Shown piece after piece: positions 1 through 4,457 of a stretch of DNA of 18,888 nucleotides; positions within the stretch are counted from its first letter, which is position 1, and the number at the start of each line of letters is the position of its first letter. Where the stretch lies: the IMG/VR virus record IMGVR_UViG_3300045988_111857. One strand, 5' to 3'. The DNA comes from a virus. Below the pieces are notes generated by a model. That model had not been told where the DNA came from, made no database searches, and saw only the letters and a list, made by a program, of their open reading frames with translations. Made by a program: the position numbers and the translations under genes.

Positions 1-34
1 TAGTGTCAAAACATTTTACCAATTTTTTCCATTT
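1..34. repeat. Left inverted terminal repeat (34 bp)
   Basis: Bases 1-34 (tagtgtcaaaacattttaccaattttttccattt) are the exact reverse complement of 18855-18888. Identity ends at base 35. This is consistent with a terminus of a protein-primed linear genome. Confidence 0.95.
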
Positions 35-90
35 TCCCCTTTGTTAAATTTTTCACATATGGTATAGTTAGTCATCTCTAACTGATATAT

Positions 91-300
91 TGTTAAATAA
101 TTAACACTTTAGTCCACTAAATCGATTGTGAAATTATTCACACACTTTAGCGATTCAAAGCATTAAAGCGCTTATATGTGTAGTGTTAGGCATTGCATGA
201 TTAGCATACACTTTACCACTTTAGAGCACTAAAGCGATTGTTAAGGATTTCACACTTTATTGCATTAGAGCACTAAAGCGATTGTTATCAATTTAACAGC
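91..300. repeat. Cluster of about 4-5 degenerate operator-like repeats related to the 46-bp tandem unit at 1649-1832
   Basis: The motif (a)ttgt(g/t)aa..a/cacactttag..ctaaagcg recurs. Palindromic cores are ctttagtccactaaat (107-122), ctttagagcactaaag (219-234, perfect 6+4+6 inverted repeat) and cattagagcactaaag (263-278). A full 46-bp unit lies at 125-170 and a partial unit at 281-305. Confidence 0.8.
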
Positions 301-334
301 ACACAATTATCCATATAATTTGCAACAATATTAC

Positions 335-363
335 ATTGTATTATTCTTATGGCATGTTATAAT
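335..363 (+). promoter_or_regulatory. Putative early promoter with extended -10 (TGtTATAAT)
   Basis: tgttataat lies at 355-363 (TATAAT 358-363 preceded by TG-n). A weak -35-like ttgtat lies at 336-341 (16-bp spacer). The site is about 75 nt upstream of the first + strand gene. A second tataat at 314-319 may be a tandem promoter. Confidence 0.55.
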
Positions 364-438
364 ATAATTGTAAAGAGGAAAGGGAAATAAAAGAAAATCC
401 CATTCCAAAACAAAAACATAAAAACGAGGTATTTTATT

Positions 439-804
439 ATGACTACTTGGAAAATTGAAAAAACTGTTGACGGCGAAAACGAGATTATTACTATTACGCG
501 CCCACTTAATGACAAGCCCAAGAGCACCGCCTGTGTGAGCCGCACGGTAAAGGCCGGCACGGTTGCCCGCGTAAAATACGCCCGGTTTAATGATGATTTT
601 TCCGTGGATACCGGCGAACTTGTAAAACAGTTTGACGGTGTTCTTGATGCAGAAAAAGTTGTAAAAGCCTTGCATAACTCCGAACCTTGCACCAAGTGGC
701 AAGTTCTGGAAGTTCAGCCCAAAGAGGAAAATACTTTGGGAATTCCGCGCGAGGTGTTCAATGCCGTTGCAGTTCCCATTGACCGCCCGCTTTCTCAACA
801 GTAA
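439..804 (+). CDS. Hypothetical protein (121 aa), GC-rich early gene
   Basis: ATG 439 lies 8 nt after GAGGT (426-430). The ORF is open to TAA at 802-804. I recognise no family. Hand-counted GC is 50-53% in 481-600, far above the neighbouring genes. Confidence 0.7.
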   Translation: MTTWKIEKTVDGENEIITITRPLNDKPKSTACVSRTVKAGTVARVKYARFNDDFSVDTGELVKQFDGVLDAEKVVKALHNSEPCTKWQVLEVQPKEENTLGIPREVFNAVAVPIDRPLSQQ

Positions 805-888
805 ATTTTAATCGTTCCGCCGGGTTCATCATTAAAGCCCGGTTCAATATGGCATAAAAGCCAAAATAAATTAAAAGAGGGTATAAAA

Positions 889-1143
889 ATGAAAATGCAA
901 GTTGTTACAATGAAAATTGACGGCAACAATTTTAGCATCAGCAGAAAATCGACCGATACTAAAAACCGCCGCAATACCGACTATGCTAGCTGCAATATTA
1001 CAGTATTAAAGCCTATGTTTTGTTGCAAAAGCGGCTTTATCGCTTCTGGCTTTTCTAGTTTTGAAAGTCCTATTGTTGAGCATGACTTGAATAATGTCAA
1101 TGAAAGCATTGACGACTTTATAAAGGCGGTGTTTTCAAAATGA
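889..1143 (+). CDS. Hypothetical protein (84 aa)
   Basis: ATG 889 lies 7 nt after AGAGGG (876-881). The stop overlaps the next start in an ATGA arrangement. Confidence 0.6.
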   Translation: MKMQVVTMKIDGNNFSISRKSTDTKNRRNTDYASCNITVLKPMFCCKSGFIASGFSSFESPIVEHDLNNVNESIDDFIKAVFSK

Positions 1144-1532
1144 TGCTTACTACACGTAAAGAGTTGGCAGACGCCGTTATTAGTGATTATAACCGCGCCG
1201 TAAATGGTCAGTGTGAACAACTTTATAATTGTAAAGCATGGATTGTAAACCCTGACAATTCCGATTTTTTAATCTTAAAAAGCTACTCAACTATTGTAGC
1301 GGCTTTTCAACGGTCAACTGGTTTTTTGTGGGTATTTGGTTTCTACAGCAATACTACAGCAAGCCATATAGCAAAATTCCGGAATTGGATTAGACACGAA
1401 TTTCAAACCGGTTGGAGCTATCCCGTTACTGTTAGGTTGTACAATGATTCCAGAACTGGCAAGCGCGCCGCCCGCAAAAATCTAGAAGATGACTTTGCAA
1501 GCGTCATTGCAACCGCATTAAATCAGTGTTGA
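1140..1532 (+). CDS. Hypothetical protein (130 aa)
   Basis: The ATG is coupled to the upstream stop (ATGA at 1140-1143). An intrinsic terminator follows. No family recognised. Confidence 0.7.
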   Translation: MMLTTRKELADAVISDYNRAVNGQCEQLYNCKAWIVNPDNSDFLILKSYSTIVAAFQRSTGFLWVFGFYSNTTASHIAKFRNWIRHEFQTGWSYPVTVRLYNDSRTGKRAARKNLEDDFASVIATALNQC

Positions 1533-1546
1533 CCCAAAAATAAAAC

Positions 1547-1578
1547 ATGCGTTGTCTTTAATGACAGCGCATTTTTTA
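1547..1578 (+). terminator. Rho-independent terminator ending the left three-gene cassette
   Basis: A 10-bp stem atgcgttgtc (1547-1556) / gacagcgcat (1563-1572) contains one G-U pair. The loop is tttaat and a T6 run follows at 1572-1577. Confidence 0.8.
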
Positions 1579-1648
1579 TACAAATTTTTAATTAGAACTC
1601 TTTACTATTAAGTACAAATAACTAGCAGTAGTTAAGCCTAACTACTAA

Positions 1649-1832
1649 CCTGTGAAATTCTTAACACACTTTAGTGGTTTAGAGTTCTAAAGCGCTTGTG
1701 AAATCTTTAACACACTTTAGTGGTTTAGAGTTCTAAAGCGCTTGTGAAATCTTTAACACACTTTAGTGGTTTAGAGTTCTAAAGCGCTTGTGAAATCTTT
1801 AACACACTTTAGTGATTTAGAGTTCTAAAGCG
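1649..1832. repeat. Four head-to-tail copies of a 46-bp repeat, each with a 14-bp palindrome TTTAGAgtTCTAAA
   Basis: Units start at 1649, 1695, 1741 and 1787 (exact 46-bp period). Units 2 and 3 are identical; units 1 and 4 differ at 1-2 positions. The unit is cttgtgaaatctttaacacactttagtggtttagagttctaaagcg. The palindrome in unit 2 lies at 1724-1737, with a direct half-site cactttag about 10 bp upstream. Confidence 0.95.
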
Positions 1833-1957
1833 TCCATCCGTTAAGAAAAATAGTGAGCAGGGCATTAACCTTAGCACCAACCCCGCCGCGCCGACCACCT
1901 GGGGTGTCACAAGAAGCCTGAAAATAAATCGGGGTTTAATTTCTTAAATTCAATAAT

Positions 1958-1979
1958 CCCCCTCTCCCTCTCCCTCTCT
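1958..1979 (+). repeat. 22-nt pure pyrimidine (CT) tract ccccctctccctctccctctct
   Basis: Read directly from the sequence. The tract lies about 15 nt upstream of the GAGGTGA ribosome binding site of the gene starting at 2008. Confidence 0.9.
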
Positions 1980-2007
1980 GTTATTGCTAAGAAATGAGGT
2001 GATACTT

Positions 2008-2262
2008 ATGATTACTAGAAAAGACCTTGCACCATTAAATGATTCAGACTTTGAGTTCTGGGAAAACAATCTTAAGTACAGGCAAGACAAAACTCTCTGG
2101 GCTTTATATGGATTCTGTCAGGACTTCTTTACATGGTCTTGTCCTAAAGATTATCTTGGTTGTACTTGTGACGGTTGTTTAAATCAAGAAATTTGTATTA
2201 GGTACAAGCTAACAATGAAAGCAGTTAAGCAAGAACTTAAATTAAGGGAGTGGTATAAATGA
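2008..2262 (+). CDS. Small five-cysteine protein, paralogue 1 (84 aa)
   Basis: ATG 2008 lies 7 nt after GAGGTGA; the track ORF opens at TTG 1984. The motif is C-x7-CP-x6-C-x-C-x2-C-x5-C (FCQDFFTWSCPKDYLGCTCDGCLNQEIC). The N-terminus MITRKDL resembles MTIKDL of paralogue 2. Confidence 0.7.
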   Translation: MITRKDLAPLNDSDFEFWENNLKYRQDKTLWALYGFCQDFFTWSCPKDYLGCTCDGCLNQEICIRYKLTMKAVKQELKLREWYK

Positions 2263-2468
2263 CTTTGTATGATTTATTTAATCATGATATTTTAGATGAA
2301 TCAAAAGCATATGTATATATCTTTAAGGATAATGTTTTGTATGCAGCTGGCTATTATAAAAATCTTAGTAGATTATATGATAACGAGATTTTTCAAGAAA
2401 TTTATATCAATTATGTTGATAATATAGTTATTTGTAGTACATACAGCAAATTTTTAGAAAGGAGCTGA
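2259..2468 (+). CDS. Hypothetical protein (69 aa)
   Basis: ATGA start/stop overlap with the upstream gene, with GGGAG upstream. The sequence is very AT-rich. Confidence 0.6.
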   Translation: MTLYDLFNHDILDESKAYVYIFKDNVLYAAGYYKNLSRLYDNEIFQEIYINYVDNIVICSTYSKFLERS

Positions 2469-2472
2469 TACA

Positions 2473-2748
2473 ATGCATTATGACGTTCCCATTCATCCCA
2501 TCCCCATAGGCTCAATCATTAAATACAATGTAAGAGAGTATGGTTATTTCTATGGAGATGGACAAGAGAAAAGAGCAATTACCATTGCTAAAATTGGTAA
2601 GGTTGTAAATATTGTGGAGCATAATGGCAGAGTAGTTTATTATTCTGTAGCACCAAGTTCTAATTGTACATTTAATCAATACTTTGTAGGTGATTGCCTA
2701 GATTCCGTTTGGCCAGAAAACGTGGAGGGTGTTTATTATGACTATTGA
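2473..2748 (+). CDS. Hypothetical protein (91 aa)
   Basis: ATG 2473 is preceded by AAAGGAG. The gene is tightly packed within the operon. Confidence 0.65.
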   Translation: MHYDVPIHPIPIGSIIKYNVREYGYFYGDGQEKRAITIAKIGKVVNIVEHNGRVVYYSVAPSSNCTFNQYFVGDCLDSVWPENVEGVYYDY

Positions 2749-2989
2749 AGAATTGTATAATGTTAATGAAGATATGTTTGATAACTCTATTTTTGTTGTA
2801 CATAGTGAATATACCAGACCCGACTGTAGAAAATCTTGTAATGATATTATAAACGGATGTGTAATCTATCAAGATGATTACTATTCTATGCCTAAAGTTC
2901 TTAAAGGTTTGCACGTAGCAAGTTTCAGATGTTCAAGCAATGTTAGGTTAAATGATGAACCCAATAAATGGGATATTTGGGTGGTATAA
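2738..2989 (+). CDS. Hypothetical protein (83 aa)
   Basis: ATG 2738 lies 8 nt after GGAGGG (2724-2729); the track ORF opens at GTG 2729. The N-terminus MTIEELYN resembles MTLYDLFN of the 2259 gene. Confidence 0.6.
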   Translation: MTIEELYNVNEDMFDNSIFVVHSEYTRPDCRKSCNDIINGCVIYQDDYYSMPKVLKGLHVASFRCSSNVRLNDEPNKWDIWVV

Positions 2990-2991
2990 TT

Positions 2992-3195
2992 ATGACAATT
3001 AAAGACCTAGATACAGAAACTCTTACCCTACTTAATAAACTATGTGATAACTGGTATATTAAAGCCTGTCCCTCATGGCTAACACACTTTATGGATAAGG
3101 ATTGCCAAGATTGTCAGCTTAGAGAGTTGTGTTATCTTCTTGACCGTTATGATAATGATGTTAAAGAAGAGCTTATAAATAGAGGTGAGTTTTGA
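2992..3195 (+). CDS. Small five-cysteine protein, paralogue 2 (67 aa)
   Basis: ATG 2992 lies just after the upstream stop, with GGGTGG upstream; the track ORF opens at 2968. The motif is LCDNWYIKACPSWLTHFMDKDCQDCQLRELC. Confidence 0.7.
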   Translation: MTIKDLDTETLTLLNKLCDNWYIKACPSWLTHFMDKDCQDCQLRELCYLLDRYDNDVKEELINRGEF

Positions 3196-3197
3196 TT

Positions 3198-3401
3198 ATG
3201 ATTCTTCATCTTGATAAATACGATGACTTATATCTAAACCAATTAAGAATTTTTATTGCTTATTGCTTAACTGGGATACCTTGTCCACCTAGAGGATATT
3301 GTGATTCAACTTGTGGTTTGCATCAATTCTGTAATTTTATGCAGCTTGCATATATTGATGTAATTAAGGAGGAATCTAAGCGCAATGGCACAAAACCATA
3401 A
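3198..3401 (+). CDS. Small five-cysteine protein, paralogue 3 (67 aa)
   Basis: ATG 3198 lies 8 nt after AGAGGTGAG (3181-3189); an alternative TTG start is at 3192. The motif is YCLTGIPCPPRGYCDSTCGLHQFC. Confidence 0.7.
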   Translation: MILHLDKYDDLYLNQLRIFIAYCLTGIPCPPRGYCDSTCGLHQFCNFMQLAYIDVIKEESKRNGTKP

Positions 3402-4125
3402 AACATTTAAGCGCCAAGCCGAAGCAACTAGGTTACTGGAAAAGATAGGCGCAACAAGACGTAAATCCAGAAAAGCAGGTATCACTGTAACAGGTGAGCT
3501 TAAAGAAAGTCTTAGAGGTAGACAATCGCCTGAAATTGCAAATGCTCTTAAATTTACTGCTAATACTGCTCTTGATGAAGCTGAAAAACTGTATAATGAC
3601 CTTATTGATGCAGCTAATAATGTTGAAGATAAAACATCACAAAAGCTAATGCAAGAGTATCTATCTAAATATTCAGAGCATATTAAATCATTAAATAAAT
3701 CTGTTACAGATAGTTATAGGTCATTGAGAGTAGCTAATCGTCTTGAGGATGTTTTTAATTATAGCGATGCCACATATAAGATTCTTAGAAATCCAGATAC
3801 CTATTTTGACAAAAAGAAATGGGGAGCAATTTCTGGTATTCTTAACAATCTTATGGGCACATATAGCAGGAATATTCCACCAGATGATTTGAAAAAATTA
3901 TGTGCATTAGGTCAAAAGTTAGGACTTGACACTTTGGCAGATATGGATAGAGCTTATGCAGAATATGACAATCTGCTAAGAAATTCTGACCAAATTGGTA
4001 AAGTGCTTGTTGATGCAAGTGATAAACTTAGGTCTATTACACAGGGTAATGAAAACTTCATAAAGCGGCATAAAAAAGCTTATGAAGAATTCACAGAACT
4101 TGCATCTAAATATAATTTGTGGTGA
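3385..4125 (+). CDS. Putative terminal protein (246 aa), assigned by position and size only
   Basis: ATG 3385 follows AAGGAGG (3366-3372). It is the largest early ORF upstream of the protein-primed polymerase gene. The size is close to the phi29 terminal protein (266 aa). The N-terminus is basic (KRQAEATRLLEKIGATRRKSRK). I recognise no sequence similarity. Confidence 0.45.
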   Translation: MAQNHKTFKRQAEATRLLEKIGATRRKSRKAGITVTGELKESLRGRQSPEIANALKFTANTALDEAEKLYNDLIDAANNVEDKTSQKLMQEYLSKYSEHIKSLNKSVTDSYRSLRVANRLEDVFNYSDATYKILRNPDTYFDKKKWGAISGILNNLMGTYSRNIPPDDLKKLCALGQKLGLDTLADMDRAYAEYDNLLRNSDQIGKVLVDASDKLRSITQGNENFIKRHKKAYEEFTELASKYNLW

Positions 4126-4130
4126 TTATT

Positions 4131-4258
4131 GTGGTTAATATACTAATCTTTATTATTCTATTTTTGCAGCTTTAACTCTTGGCGTTGTTTTTGTTTATGT
4201 ATATATCAAAGCAGTAGCTAAGTTATTGGAATGGTTAGATAAGAAACTAGGCAAATAA
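4131..4258 (+). other. Small hydrophobic ORF split across two frames at a T5 run
   Basis: GTG 4131 (GGTGA lies 5 nt upstream) reads VVNILIFIILFLQL then stops. The adjacent frame continues AALTLGVVFVYVYIKAVAKLLEWLDKKLGK to TAA at 4256-4258 but has no start codon. One extra T in ttttt (4161-4165) would fuse the two into a single-pass membrane peptide of about 42 aa. Confidence 0.35.
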
Positions 4259-4294
4259 AGAAAAATATACTATGGCGGCATAAGGGTGATTATT

Positions 4295-4426
4295 ATGGCA
4301 ATAGAACTTAAAATCATAATAGGAGTTTTATTAGGTCTTATCATTTCACTTGCACTCTCCTACTGTATACTTATCACGATAGGTTTTGTAGAATGTTTCT
4401 TTAACTGGCTTAATTCTCTATTCTAA
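4295..4426 (+). CDS. Small single-pass membrane peptide (43 aa)
   Basis: ATG 4295 lies 5 nt after AAGGGTGA. The product is MAIELKIIIGVLLGLIISLALSYCILITIGFVECFFNWLNSLF. It is below the ORF-track length cutoff. Confidence 0.5.
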   Translation: MAIELKIIIGVLLGLIISLALSYCILITIGFVECFFNWLNSLF

Positions 4427-4457
4427 TATTATATTATTATGGGAGGTGGTGCTGTAT

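Noticed and set aside
331-798. 155-aa and 112-aa - strand ORFs overlapping the first early gene
   Set aside because: They run antisense into the promoter region and have no RBS. The + strand ORF has a good GAGGT-8-ATG start and fits the operon layout.
1649-1832. Possible CRISPR array
   Set aside because: The 46-bp units are contiguous with no unique spacers between them. There are only four copies, no cas genes are present, and diverged copies exist at the left end. This is a tandem repeat or operator array, not CRISPR.
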